This document shows positions 38,919 to 52,503 of a stretch of DNA of 64,000 nucleotides, piece after piece. How positions within the stretch are numbered: position 1 is the stretch's first letter; each line of letters starts with the position of its first letter. The notes under the pieces were generated by a model, which did no database searches, had not been told where the DNA came from, and saw only the letters and a list, made by a program, of their open reading frames with translations. Source of the DNA: the human T2T-CHM13v2.0 reference genome, Homo sapiens; the NCBI GenBank assembly GCA_009914755.4, contig CP068257.2, positions 39,776,001 to 39,840,000 of the forward strand, read 5' to 3'. Made by a program: the position numbers and the translations under genes.

Positions 38919-39860
38919 GTGAGTGTCGCTTCTGGGGGCAGCGCCCAGTAACCGCGCTAGGAGCGCGGAGAAGGGCATTGGGAGAGCGGCGTTCGTGGCG
39001 GAGACTAGCGCTCCGGAGCACGGGCACGACGGGGGCACCTTCTCGGCTGCTAGTAACTAACAATAATAATAATCATAATCATAGCAAGGGCGCTGATGGG
39101 CGGGCTCGGAGCACGCCTGATTCTGGTTCCCACCAGGCTGCCCAGGCTCCTGATGACGCATCAGAAACATCCCCCTAACCCGCGGCCTTCCTGCAGGAGA
39201 GGTTGGGAAGGGGTGGGGGACGGGGCTCGGGGGAGGTCTCCGAGGGACTCTAGTAAGCGGGGAAGGGCGCCGGGAAAGTTTCAGATCCACGGCTGCGCGG
39301 GCCACGAGCCCACCCGAACGCCGACCACTGCTTTCCGTCGACTTCTATTTCCTGGGAACGCGCGAAAGCAAACCCAAGTCAGACTGCGGAGGTCGCTGGG
39401 GAGGGAAGGTTCAAGGAGTTCTCGCCGATCCTGCTGAATAAAGGGGGTTCCGAGCTGGGCCGAGATGGGGCATGCGCGGGAAGACCCCTGCCCGCTGTTC
39501 CCCCCCACCGCCCCAGTGGATGCCATGCCTGGGGCCTCCCCGGCGCGTGGGGCTGACGCACCCTCGGGGTCCATCGTAGTTGGCCGGGATCGTGGAGTGG
39601 GTGCGGTGGACGAAGGGAGGCAGGACAGTCCCGGGGGTGGCAGAAGGAGCCCGGGCACAGCTGAGACCTGCGCTCCCATCCCACCAACACTCACAGCAGG
39701 TGCTGCCGAGCTGGGCAATTGGGATGGCCCAAGTTATTTGGTTAAATTTTAAATCACGTTTGTTACTGGGAAGTAGAGTCCAGTGATGCTAACCGCGCCT
39801 CTACCTCCACCACCGGTGTCAGTCCCAAAGGGCTCCTAAAATGGCTGTGTCATCTTTCAG

Positions 39861-39959
39861 CCTTGGACCGCAGTTGCCGGCCAGGAATCCCAGTGTCACG
39901 GTGGACACGCCTCCCTCGCGCCCTTGCCGCCCACCTGCTCACCCAGCTCAGGGGCTTTG
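39861..39959 (+). other. MX1: MX1 5'UTR exon 2
   Basis: Acceptor catctttcag|CCTTGGACCGCAGTTGCC, donor CTTTG|gtaggt. The sequence continues the recalled MX1 5'UTR. Confidence 0.7.
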
Positions 39960-40409
39960 GTAGGTAGCAGTGCATTTGGTCTAAAGGGCAAGATGTTCTC
40001 TCTTTTATTCATAACAAATTTAAATACCAGCAGGGTTTGGGGGGAAAAACGCTTTCAGAAGAAAAGGTGAATGTCAGTCCTGCAAGAGTTAGTTTTAAAA
40101 CTAGACTGAATTGGCACATGTATACCTATGTAACAAACCTGCACGTTCTGCACATGTACCCCAGAACTTAAAAGCTTATAAAAAAAGAAAAAACTAGACT
40201 GGATTATGTTGGGAAAGTGTAGCCTCTTCCATCTTAGGCATTTCCTAGAACGTAGGCAGTAGGTGGTCCTTATTAGGAGTTTTGGGAGAGGAAGGGGGCT
40301 GAATCCTACCTCCCATCCCTGCTCCTCTATGGGGTCTGAGCTGAGGAAGCTTCACCACAAGGAGAGAACCCCCTGACAACCCTGGATGCCACCTTTACCC
40401 TCACTGCAG

Positions 40410-40521
40410 GAATTCTGTGGCCACACTGCGAGGAGATCGGTTCTGGGTCGGAGGCTACAGGAAGACTCCCACTCCCTGAAATCTGGAGTGAAGAACGCCG
40501 CCATCCAGCCACCATTCCAAG
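40410..40521 (+). other. MX1: MX1 5'UTR exon 3
   Basis: Acceptor tcactgcag|GAATTCTGTGGCCACACTGCG, donor TTCCAAG|gtaagg. Confidence 0.7.
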
Positions 40522-40536
40522 GTAAGGCAGAAATGA

Positions 40537-40860
<324 letters not shown>

Positions 40861-42330
40861 AGGTTCATTTTAGTTGTTATGTTAACCAGGTTTCCTGCAC
40901 CTGTGCGCTAACTTTCACTTTCCCAAAAGGTTTCAGGGTGACCCAGCAGGCAATGAGTGATTCTCAAATTCAGGATTTATTGTGAGAGATTCACACACAC
41001 AATTGAGCAGACATTCACAGTACAATGATTAAAGGGAGTGATAGGGTAAGGACCCACAGTGGAGGCTCTGGAGGCCAGCCCACTGACAGCCACTCCAGGG
41101 AGTCCAGAAGTCCCGCTCTAGTGCTGGGTGGTGGAGGGAAATCTGTTCCTCCAGGGACCTCGTCCTCGGCTGCCCAGCTGCCAAAGTCAGGAATAAGCTT
41201 TCAGAAATCTCACTGCCAAGATTCCGAAAACGCTTCAGACATTGCTAGTCCCTTGTCGCTTTTGCGATCCTCCACAGGTGTGCGTGCCACTGGGTCCTTA
41301 TTCACTGGGGTCTCTGGTGGCATTGGGCCACAGCAAGTGTTCCCTCATCCCCTTAGTCTACCACACACATGCTTACCACTTTGAAGAAAAACCCCTTTAC
41401 TATGAGCGAAAGTGAGAAACACGTATGTTTATTGTTTCTAAAGAAAGAAACTTAATATGGGCTTAATGCTACCTAGTGAGTGCCTCCATTTTGAGACATT
41501 AGGGTCACAAGTCATTATTATATATCATGGGCACAAACCTGCCCTGGGCAGGGACGGAAGGAAGCCCCTGCACAGGGGCAGTTGCTCAGGATGTGAGAAG
41601 AGCCTGGTGCATAACCCCATCCATGCCCACCTAACATCTCAGGCTCTGACCAGTGGGGCTGTGCAGTAGCGAGTGGATGGAGGGCTGGAACCCTGCAGCC
41701 TCCTCTCCAAACACAGGGTGCAGCCAAGACATTTTAGGAGCAATTTGGGATGGAGAGCTAGGAGTCGCCACCTCTTGGCTCTTCCAAGGCCGGAACTGGT
41801 GCCTGCACTCAGTTCAGTTTGAAGACTGCAGCTGGATGCCAAGTTCCATGGAGGAGTAAGAAACCGGTTTGAACTCCCGAGATTGCCCTGCCCCTGAAAT
41901 CCAAACTGATGTTCCGAATGATCAGGGAAAGGTACAAACGTTTATGGTTTACAGACAAAACCCATAAGGTTTAGCTTTCAGAGAATCTCATTTTATGAAG
42001 CAAATTAGGGAAGGGAATCTACTCACCAAGTCCTGTTTCAGCTGATTGAGTGGAACCTGTGGTCATGTGGTACAAGTCCTGGTCTCAATGATGCTCCTTA
42101 TCTGGCTGCAGAAAGGCCAACTGAGGCAACCATAGCCCAGAAGACTGGTACTCCTGAGAGGCAGATGAAGTGGTGGTCTTTGATATCGAGCCTGGGATGC
42201 CCTGGGCACATGAGGTATTTCCAAAGGCATGGGAGTTTTAGGGAATAAATTCCCAGATTGTCAGACTCCATAAGTACCGTTTACAATGGATTACCTTTTA
42301 TAACCATCCCAATCCTACCTGACAAAAGAG

Positions 42331-42700
<370 letters not shown>

Positions 42701-43197
42701 TTAGCCAAGGCAGCATGAACCCATGGCAGCACTTCCCAACCTTCCTGACATGGGCGTTTCTGTGAACTCCAGTGTGATGGAGAAATGGCATTGGCTCAGG
42801 TGTGCAGCTAGATATGTTACAGAGCAGGGTGACAGGCAGGGGTGATGAGTTTTGTTTTAACAACCTGTCCCTTCAACCCTCATGGTACTGACAAAGATCA
42901 CATGGCTCTCGGGGGAGATTCCTGCGAGGGGAAGCAAGGAGAGCATCCTTACATATTATTGATCCAGGCAGCAGATTTGCAGCAAAGCTCTGTGCTTTAT
43001 TCATCTGTTAAAATAGTTAAAATAGTCAAAACATAGGAAAAGGATTCTGGGAAGTCAGAATCGGCTTCAGAGCACACCCCTCCTGCACTTGCCCGGTTCT
43101 CAGACTTGGGAATGGGACTGGGTGGGTGGGTACTCTCGGGTGTTCCGCGGGTTTGGGTCTTACTTGTACACTTTGCTTGATTTCAAGGAGGTGCAGG

Positions 43198-43273
43198 AGA
43201 ACAGCTCTGTGATACCATTTAACTTGTTGACATTACTTTTATTTGAAGGAACGTATATTAGAGGTAAGTTGGT
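43198..43273 (+). other. MX1: MX1 5'UTR exon 4
   Basis: Acceptor gatttcaag|GAGGTGCAGGAGAACAGC, donor ATTAGAG|gtaagt. Confidence 0.7.
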
Positions 43274-43672
43274 GCATGCTATTTTCTGTAACATTTATTT
43301 TGAGTCATAGGAGAAAGATTTTCAGTTACTTTTATCCAAGATTATTAGACACTGTAAAATTTCATATTTAGGCACTTGTCCTACAACATTTTAAAAATGA
43401 ATTTCAAATACATACGTGTGTATTTGTAATGCAGACAAGTATAAGGCAGTCAGTTACATGCTTTCAAGAGTAAAATGAATGACATTTCATTTCCCCCATT
43501 TGTGGGAGTAAAAGAATGACAATATGAAATTGATGATCAAAAGAAAGAGCATAAAAGATTTAGAGCTCACGTGTTTTTTAAACTAAAGGTTTGGGTATCA
43601 AATTACCGTAATATTTGGATTCTCTTGGCTACATTGGAAACAGTTCTATAACAATTTTATTTTTAAATGTAA

Positions 43673-44086
<414 letters not shown>

Positions 44087-44136
44087 TGACAGGAGATAGT
44101 TTTAGAAAATATTTTGGGGAACAGAGGCATATTCTA

Positions 44137-44428
44137 TTTTTTTTTTTTGAGACAGAGTCTTGCTCTGTTGCCCAGACTGGGGTGCAGTGGCGTGATCTCA
44201 GCTGACTGCATCCTCTGCCTGCCAGGTTCAAGCAATTCTTTGCCTCAGCCTCCTGAGTAGTTGGGATTACAGGTGCCCGCCACCATGCCTGGCTAATTTT
44301 TTTGTATTTTTAGTAGAGACAAGTTTTACCATCTTGGCCAGGGTGGTATTGAACTCCTGACCTCATGATCTACCTGCCTCAGCCTCCCAAAGTGCTGAGA
44401 TTACAGGCGTGAGCCCCGGGGCCCGGCC
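44137..44428 (-). mobile_element. Alu (antisense), ~280 bp upstream of the MX1 start-codon exon
   Basis: ttttttttttttgagacagagtcttgctctgttgcccagactggggtgcagtggcgtgatc ... gcgtgagccccggggcccggcc. Confidence 0.85.
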
Positions 44429-44725
44429 TGGAGGGATATTCTTGAAGCGCCTTGAGCAGGGAGGCAGCGTTTGTCTTTATCTGACCTTGGCTTCTTTGGG
44501 TCACTCTGTTTCTCTTTCCGTGAATAAAAAGCCAGTGAGCACACACTGTGTCCCAGGCACTCTTCTACGCTCTGGGGACATCACCATGAACAACTAGTCA
44601 GAGTCCCCACCTCCAGGGGCCTTCCGTTCTGGTGGTGGGTTTGGTTCCATGGTTGAATGCACCCAGCTGCTTATCTGTTCAATAGGCATCTGCTTTATTT
44701 TAAGCTTACTTTGCAAAGAAGGAAG

Positions 44726-44830
44726 ATGGTTGTTTCCGAAGTGGACATCGCAAAAGCTGATCCAGCTGCTGCATCCCACCCTCTATTACTGAATGGAGAT
44801 GCTACTGTGGCCCAGAAAAATCCAGGCTCG
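44726..44830 (+). CDS. MX1: MX1 start-codon exon (exon 44705-44830; ATG at 44726) [35 protein letters not shown]
   Basis: ORF 44657-44869 has the MxA N-terminus. Acceptor ttattttaag|CTTACTTTGCAAAGAAGGAAGATGG, donor GCTCG|gtaagt. Kozak context is A at -3 and G at +4. Confidence 0.9.
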
Positions 44831-46029
44831 GTAAGTTGCTCTCTGAAAGTCGCTATCCATGTGACATGAGCCATGCCCATTCGAGGCTGCCCTTTTCTAC
44901 AGCGGTGCTACTGCTGCCCAGATATGCCTGCTCTCTCGCCTCTCCTGTGCCAGGACGCAGATCCTGACCCTCTACTTGCCAGCTGACAACCATGTATAGA
45001 CTCGTTGCCTTAGCTCACCGTGGGTGGAGGTGCTGCTGGGGTTGGGGACACTGGCTGAGCTGTCGATGGGTTCAGCTCATCTATACTAGAAGGAACTGGC
45101 CCAGGCCCTGGGTTCAAGGAGCACTAGGTTTGTTTTTCCTGCCCACATCATGATTCAGTCTCAAGCTACAAACCCTGGGGCATCATTAAGATATTATCTT
45201 TGTAGGGAAGCCACGTGGTGAATTTTTTGCCCAGAATCAAGACATATTTTTGGTGGGAACCAATCATGGCCCCTGGAATCAGTCCAACCTCAGTTGGTCC
45301 CGACGCTGACACTCTCAGCTGTGTGATTGTGGGTAGTTATTCCTCCTGTTATAAGCCTGGTTTTCCATATCTAAAATGAGAATAATGGTCTTTGCTTTAT
45401 ATGGCTGAGAGCAAAGTGCAGGGAGTGTCCAGGTACTCAGAGTGCTCAGTTTCTTATTACCGTGGATCACTGGTCTGTTTCAGGCTGGCTCTGTTTTCCT
45501 AGGCAATGTTAAACAATTTTTCAAACAATATTCAAAAAACATTGAAGCGTTTAGAAAAATACAGAGGACCACCACCTTTCCACCACCCTGATACCACCGT
45601 TTACATTTTTCTGCATTTCCGTCCCTGGTGCGTCTCTTGTCTGGCTGTAAGAGATGTAATTATGTCAGGGTATGGGGCAGGAGGAACTCTCACCCACTCA
45701 TACTTGCGTGCTTTGGAAGCAGCTTGGCCTTTTCCAGTCAAGGAGAACAGAGTGTGTCTCGTGATCTGGCAGTTCCACTTCTGGGGATAGACTGTGGTTC
45801 TCAAAGTGTGGCCCCCAGCCCAGCCCATTAGCATCACCTGGGAAGTTGACTGAAATGCAAATGACCAGCCCCTCCTCCCACTCTTAGACCTGGTGAATTG
45901 GACACTCTGGGGCAGGGCCCACCCCCTGTGCTTTACCAGGCTCTCCAGGTGATTCTGCTGTGTGCTGGAGTTTGAGGACCATGTGTAAACCCTTGCACAT
46001 CCCCCTGGGAGCCACATGCATAGCAGCAC

Positions 46030-46500
46030 TGTTTATAACAGCAAAACTCAGACCCTGTCTACGTGCCTGTCATGGTGGAATGGATACTGGGAGTGTGGTA
46101 TGTTCATGTAGCAGAATTCTATACAGTAGTAAAGAGGAATGAACTAGAGTTCCAGGTATCAAAATGGCTGCATCAAATGAACAACGTTGAACCAAAGAAT
46201 CAAGTTACAGGAAATATACAAAATGATTCCACTTACGTAAAATTCCCCAACAGGCAGCAATAGGCAATATACCATTGTGGGAAAAACATATAGGTGGCAA
46301 AACTATAAAGAAAAGCAAGGATGTGATGATTGCAAGCCTCAGGATAGAGGGACCCTCTGGAGGTGAAGGAGTTGACCCAGGGAGGTGTGTGCAATGTCCT
46401 AAGTACTGGGAGTGTTTGTGTTCTTAACCCAAGTGGTTGGTACATGCATATTTGCTTTATTATGTTTGACACACTTTTGTAAATAGATAGTATAAATAAA
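46030..46500 (+). mobile_element. L1 3'-end fragment
   Basis: gcagcactgtttataacagcaaaactcagaccctgtctacgtgcctgtcatggtggaatggatactgggagtgtggtatgttcatgtagcagaattctatacagtagtaaagaggaatgaac resembles the L1 3' terminal region. Confidence 0.5.
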
Positions 46501-46929
46501 TGAAAACAAACAAAAAGTTATAAGGTGAACTAAGACCGAGGCTACCAACTGTATTCATGCATTTGGTAAGGCTGTGGTTCTTTCTCAGTCAGGGCCCATT
46601 TTGCTCCCTGGAACTTGTGGCCAGGTCTAGAGACATCTTGGTTGTCACAACTCAGGGTGAATAGTGAATAGAGGCCAGGTATTTGGCTAAACCTCCTACA
46701 ATGTGTAGGGTAGCCCCTGCAACAAACAATCTTCTAACCCCAAATATGAATAGCTTCTTGTCCTGTTATAAAGAAGCTATTCTAGTAAAAACGTCTGTCT
46801 ATGATGAAGCATGCACAAAAATAGTCATTAGAAAGAGGTAAAAGACAAAATGATTTTCTCATATTTTCTTCCTGAACCTCAATCAGCCCACATTCGGAAA
46901 ATTGCACCCAGCTGCTGGTAGGTAGGCAG

Positions 46930-48080
46930 GACCGAGTGTGAAGTCTGCTGCTTTCTCTGTTTTTATGCAAGTACTTCACTATTTTGATTACTTTAGTTTT
47001 ATAGTAATTATGGAAATTAGGTAATGCTAGTCCTCTGACTTTGTTCTTCTTTTTCAAAGTCATTTTGACTAAGAATATTTAGATCATTTCTATTTAATGT
47101 GACTGGTAATATAATTAGATTTGAGAATATCATCTTTCTATTTGTTTTCTATTTGTCCCATCTGTTCTTCGTTCCCCCTTTCGTCTTTTTCTGCCTTCTT
47201 TTGGATTATTTTTTATGATTCCATCATGTCTCCTTTGTTGTCTTATTAAGTATAACTTTTGGTGTTTTTAGTATATATCTTTAACTTAATAAGTCAACCT
47301 TCAAGTGATAGTCTGTCACTTCATGTATAGTGCGAGAACCTTAGAATAGTGTATTTCCATCTCTCTGCTCTGAGCCTTCATACTATTTCTATCATGCATC
47401 TTTTACATACATCATAAACCCCACAATACATTGTTATTATTGATGTTCAAACATTCAATTATCTTTTAAATAAAGATAGCAAAGGAATACAAAAAAGTGT
47501 AGTAGTTACCCCTTCTAGTATAGACTCCTTTGTATAGATCCAGATTTCCATTCAGTATCATTTTCCTTCTACCTAAAGAACTTCTTTAACATTTCCTGTA
47601 GTGCAGGTCTGCTGGTAATGAATTAGTTAAGCTTTTGAATGGCTAAAAAAGTCTTTGTTTTGCCTTCATTTTTAAAAGTTATTTTTGCTGGGTATAGAAT
47701 TCTAGATTGATGGTGTTTTTCAGTACTTTAAAAATACTGCTTCACTGTCTTCTCGCTTGTTATTGCTTCTGATAAGATTGACAGCAGATTTCTCATTTGT
47801 GTCCCTCTGCTCACACTGTATCATTCTCTGGCTGCTCCTAACATTTTCTCTTTATTACTGGTTTTGAGCAATTTGACCCTCTTATGGCTTGATGATGTTT
47901 ATGTTTGCTGTGCTTAATGTCTGTTGAGTTTCTGGGATCTTTGGGTTTATGGTTTTCATTAAGTTTGAGGGAATTGTATGTATTATTTCTTCAAATATTT
48001 TTTTCTGTCTCTCTTCCATTCTCTTTTGGGGATTCCAGTAACCTGTGTATTAGACTTATTGAAGTTGGCCGTCTTTAATG
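46930..48080 (-). mobile_element. L1 ORF2 3'-region fragment (antisense) in MX1 intron 5, abutting the MaLR LTR at 48085
   Basis: Reverse complement of L1 ORF2: ...gaacttctttaacatttcctgtagtgcaggtctgctggtaatgaattagttaagcttttgaatggct...gaattctagattgatggtgtttttcagtactttaaaaatactgcttcactgtcttctcgcttgttattgcttctgataag...gggattccagtaacctgtgtattagacttattgaagttg. Confidence 0.7.
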
Positions 48081-48084
48081 GAGT

Positions 48085-48441
48085 GTATTGGTTCATTCTC
48101 ACACTGCTATAAAGAACTGCCTGAAACTAGGTAATTTATAAAGAAAAGAGGTTTAATTGACTCACAGTCCACATGGCTGGGGAGGCCTCAGGAAACTTAC
48201 AATCATGGAGGAAGGCATCTCTTCACAAGGCAGCAGGAGAGAGAATGACTGAAGGAGGAACTTGCCAAACACTTATAAAACCATCAGACCTCATGAAAAC
48301 TCACTATCATGAGAACAGCATGGGGGAAACCTCCCCCACAATCCAATTACCTCCACCTGGTCTCTCCCTTGACACGTAGGGATTATGGGGATTACAATTC
48401 GAGATGAGATTTGGGTAGGGACACAGAACCAAACCATATCA
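48085..48441 (-). mobile_element. THE1/MST-type MaLR LTR ending 50 bp upstream of the MX1 exon 6 acceptor
   Basis: gtattggttcattctcacactgctataaagaactgcctgaaactaggtaatttataaagaaaagaggtttaattgactcacagtccacatggctggggaggcctcaggaaacttacaatcatggaggaagg ... cgagatgagatttgggtagggacacagaaccaaaccatatca. Confidence 0.82.
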
Positions 48442-48491
48442 TGAGCATGATTTGCAGGCCATGAAGAATTCTCCATTTTTGTTTCCTCCAG

Positions 48492-48684
48492 GTGGCTGAG
48501 AACAACCTGTGCAGCCAGTATGAGGAGAAGGTGCGCCCCTGCATCGACCTCATTGACTCCCTGCGGGCTCTAGGTGTGGAGCAGGACCTGGCCCTGCCAG
48601 CCATCGCCGTCATCGGGGACCAGAGCTCGGGCAAGAGCTCCGTGTTGGAGGCACTGTCAGGAGTTGCCCTTCCCAGAGGCAGCG
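48492..48684 (+). CDS. MX1: MX1 exon 6 (193 nt) [64 protein letters not shown](+G); contains P-loop G1 GDQSSGKS
   Basis: ORF 48492-48926 has the peptide. Acceptor tcctccag|GTG, donor AGCG|gtaaga. Confidence 0.9.
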
Positions 48685-48701
48685 GTAAGAACTTACATTC
48701 T

Positions 48702-49072
48702 GTGTTAGTCTGCTCAGGCTGCCATAACAAAATACCACAGACGGGGTGGCTTATACAACAAAAGTTTATTTTCTCACAGTTGTGGAGACTGGAAGTCCAA
48801 CATCAGGGTTTAGCTTCTCCTGAGGCCTTTCTCCATGGCCTGCAGATGGCCACCTCCTCACCGCTCCCCCATGCGGCCTTCCTTCCACACACAAGCATCT
48901 CTGCTGTCTCTTCCCCTTCTTCATAAGAGCACCAGTCATATTGGATTGGGGCCTACCCTAATGACCTCATTTAACCTTAATTGCCTCTTTAAAGGCCTTA
49001 TCTTCAAATACAGTCCCATTAGGGGTTAGGGCTTCAACATAGGAATTTGGAGGGAACACCATTTCATAACGC
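48702..49072 (+). mobile_element. MLT1-type MaLR LTR starting 18 bp downstream of the MX1 exon 6 donor
   Basis: tgtgttagtctgctcaggctgccataacaaaataccacagacggggtggcttatacaacaaaagtttattttctcacagttgtggagactggaagtccaacatcagggtttagc ... ggcctaccctaatgacctcatttaaccttaattgcctctttaaaggccttatcttcaaatacagtcccattaggggttagggcttcaacataggaatttggagggaacacc. Confidence 0.78.
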
Positions 49073-49669
49073 TATCTCATTGCACATTTTTTTCACATAA
49101 GTCATATGTAATCTACAGTTTGAGGAGAATCTGAATAAACACATTTGGGTCCCCCAGTTCAGAACTATATCAGTGAGGTCTCAAAGAGTTCAGGCCTGGG
49201 ACGGGTCTTGCAATACAGATCAGGTGTGGTAGGAAGAATATGGAAGGAGTTTACAGTAGGAGGACTGTTGTAAGGTGGCCTGGTAGCAGCAGGATGCTTT
49301 CCTAATGGGGGTAGAGTGTGTATGCTGGGGGGATAATGGAAGATGTTCGGATGAGTTTCGGGGGATTCCCAATGTGGTCTGCCACCTGAGCTGATGGCAG
49401 AACACTGGGATGAGGCAGGAAGCCAAAAGTGGTGGCTTTCAAGTGTTAGTAAGCAAAAACTCACCTGGGTTACATACTCAGAATGCATGTTCTTGAGGTC
49501 ACCCAGACACAGTGCGATGTCCCCGCATATCAGAGGGTAAGACCAGAAAGTTTCCAGTTTTAAATGTCTCCCCATATGATTGTATAAAAGTTTGAGAACC
49601 ATGGGCCTAAGGCGCTATGTAGGTCTTTTAAGAGCAAAGTGGAGCACTGATGTGGGCGTGGCCTCCTAG

Positions 49670-49807
49670 GGATCGTGACCAGATGCCCGCTGGTGCTGAA
49701 ACTGAAGAAACTTGTGAACGAAGATAAGTGGAGAGGCAAGGTCAGTTACCAGGACTACGAGATTGAGATTTCGGATGCTTCAGAGGTAGAAAAGGAAATT
49801 AATAAAG
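49670..49807 (+). CDS. MX1: MX1 exon 7 (138 nt) (G)[45 protein letters not shown]
   Basis: ORF 49675-49869 has the peptide. Acceptor cctcctag|GG, donor AAAG|gtgagt. Confidence 0.88.
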
Positions 49808-50011
49808 GTGAGTACCCCCTGTTTGGATGCCTGGTCAAGCCTTCTGACATGCATGGGGTCTGTTTGTAACTGTTCATACTCCCACCTCCCTGGGCCTGTG
49901 CTGTCAGGACACCTTTCTCCTGCACATCAGGCCCCGGTTCCTTCTACTTCTTTTACCTCATTATGACCAGCACGCTTGGATATCAGCATCTGATAGCAAT
50001 CATTTATTTCT

Positions 50012-50300
50012 GGCCAGGCACAGTGGCTTGTGCCTGTAATCCCAGCTCTTTGGGAGGCTGACACGGGGGGATTGCTTGAGCCTAGGAGTTCAAGACCAGC
50101 CAGGGCAACATAGTGAGACCCCGTCTCTTAAAAAAAAAAAATTAAAATAGCTGGGCAGGGTGGCATGCACCTGTGGTCCCAGCTATTCAGGAGGCTGAGG
50201 TGGGAGAGTTGCTTGAGCCTGGGAAGTCAAGGCTGCAGTGAGCCGTGATCTTGCTACGGCACTCTAGCCTGACAGCAGAGTGAGACCCTGTCTCAAAAAC
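50012..50300 (+). mobile_element. Alu
   Basis: ggccaggcacagtggcttgtgcctgtaatcccagctctttgggaggctgacacggggggattgcttgagcctaggagttcaagaccagcc ... gagaccctgtctcaaaaac. Confidence 0.85.
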
Positions 50301-52348
50301 ACATGTATTGCTTATTATGTAAGTATCTAGAATAATGTGAATTTTAAAATGTCCCCACATATGGATGATCTGTCCCTTATTCAAGGGCTTCCCTACTTAG
50401 ATCTGGCAGGAAGAGGAGCCAGATATGGGGGTGAGGGAGCTCCTCCCCCCGTTCCTTTGTACAAGGAACTCCACATTGTGGACAGGATCGTCACTGAACC
50501 CCACTCAGAACCAGCACCCTTTTCTAAGAAAGGAGAGTGACTGTGTTTGCATAATCCCAGCTTAGGCTAATTCATGGCAGGCCTCCATAAATGCAAACCA
50601 CAAGGATCAATTTGAAGTGTCTGCAAGGGGAAATGACACCAGCAGTGTAGACAGGGTAGAGTAGCTGACAAAGAACAGCCTCTGTGAGATGCATGGATAA
50701 CATCTTCCTATCGACCTTCATGTTTTTCTGGCATGTCACATGTTTAAGTTTCATTCACACTGGGAAGGTACTGAAGAGACATGAACTAATGCCCAGCAGT
50801 AGGAAGGGACGGGTTTAGCATTTGTAAAGATGGAGCATTAATCACATTTGTTGACTGTTTAAAGAAAGATAAATAATGTTATTGACAAACCGTGATTTTG
50901 AATTAGTTGGGATTAGGTTGGCTGCTTGCAGCAGAAAACTCAAAATAACTGTGTGCCTTAGCCCTTGCTGTATAACAAACCCATCTTAAAACTAATGGCT
51001 TGACCACTTTTATTTCTCATGATTTGATGGACCAGCTGGGCAGTTCTTCTCTGGGCTAGCTGGGCTGGGGCTGATGGTCCAGGATGGCCCTTGGCTGGAG
51101 TGACCGGGCCTTCTGTCTGTGTGGTCTCTCACCCTCCAGAAGGCTAAGCTGGACTTCTCAATGTGGGTGGAGGGGTTCCCAGCAGCAAGAGAGGGCAAGA
51201 CCCGACATCTAACACCTTTCGGTCTCTCCTGATGTGGCACTGTGTAACATCCCCTTAGCCAGAGAAAGTCACGTGGCCAAGCCCAATTTCAAGGGACCGA
51301 TTTTCTCTCTCTCCATGGAAGTGACGAAGGCACCCTGTAAAGTAGCGTGCATACAGGGATGGAAGGGAATGTGGATGCCATTGTGCCAGCAAGTTGCTGA
51401 GACAGCGGTCTAAACAATGTAGAGGCTTTCTGTCCCTCTCATATAAGTCTGAAGGCGGGCAGACCAGAGCTGATTGGGGATTCCAATGTCAGGAACCAAG
51501 ATTTATTCTTCTCCCATTTCTTCATTGGGTGTGGCCTCTGTTTCCAAGGCCCCCCCGTGACTTAGTCAGCAAGTCCGCTTTGAAGCCAGCTGGACCATGG
51601 CAAGGGGCATATCTCTGCCTTTGTAAGCACACTTTCTGGAAGTTGCACATAACATTTTCACATGGCCCATTGGCCAGAACCCGATCTCATGACCACATGG
51701 CAGGTACATGGATATTGGGGGAACAATTAGTGGACCATAACCACTGATATTTCCTAAGTTCTAAATTGATATCAAACATCCCAAAAAGGCATTCTAGATT
51801 TAGAAAAGAGTAAAGTGGTGTTAGCCAACAATTTGATGAAACAAATTCATATCCTAAAATTCATTAAGGAGGAAGGAGCAAAATAAAATCTCTTAATGGG
51901 ATGTTAACAGCCAGTGCTTATCTTAGCTAAAATAAGCACATTTCCCCATATAATTTTCCAGTTTATATTTTAGGCATTTCCATATATTTTTATTTGTTTT
52001 TATTTTGCTTGGTTGCTAATTTCCTACTGACATCAATGAGAAGGATTTAGGAATGCTACCAGGAAGAACTTCTTGCCTCCGCCCAGCTTTGGACTGGTCT
52101 AAGTGGGTGTCACTCATGGTGATGTTCTCACAAGGTCTCTCTACACACAGTGCTGGCCAACAGCAGGGAAAATACTGAGTTATCCTTTGAGATCTCTTTT
52201 ATCCCAATCACAGAAAATTGAATCTGCTCCAAATATGCTTTTATCCATGACTCGCAGAGAGGAGAAGATGCTTTCAGAGTATTCACCATCATGAGATCCG
52301 TTTATCCTAAGCTCTGTTTGGGTTTGATTTTCCCTGTCTCTTTTCTAG

Positions 52349-52503
52349 CCCAGAATGCCATCGCCGGGGAAGGAATGGGAATCAGTCATGAGCTAATCAC
52401 CCTGGAGATCAGCTCCCGAGATGTCCCGGATCTGACTCTAATAGACCTTCCTGGCATAACCAGAGTGGCTGTGGGCAATCAGCCTGCTGACATTGGGTAT
52501 AAG
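52349..52503 (+). CDS. MX1: MX1 exon 8 (155 nt) (A)[51 protein letters not shown]; contains G3 DLPG
   Basis: ORF 52291-52590 has the peptide. Acceptor ttttctag|CC, donor TATAAG|gtcaga. Confidence 0.88.

Noticed and set aside
38634-39718. ORFs 38634-39038(-), 38776-39063(-), 39281-39718(-) and 39096-39437(+) in the MX1 promoter and intron 1
   Set aside because: Same CpG-island artefact. The region is accounted for by MX1 exon 1 and GC-rich intron 1.
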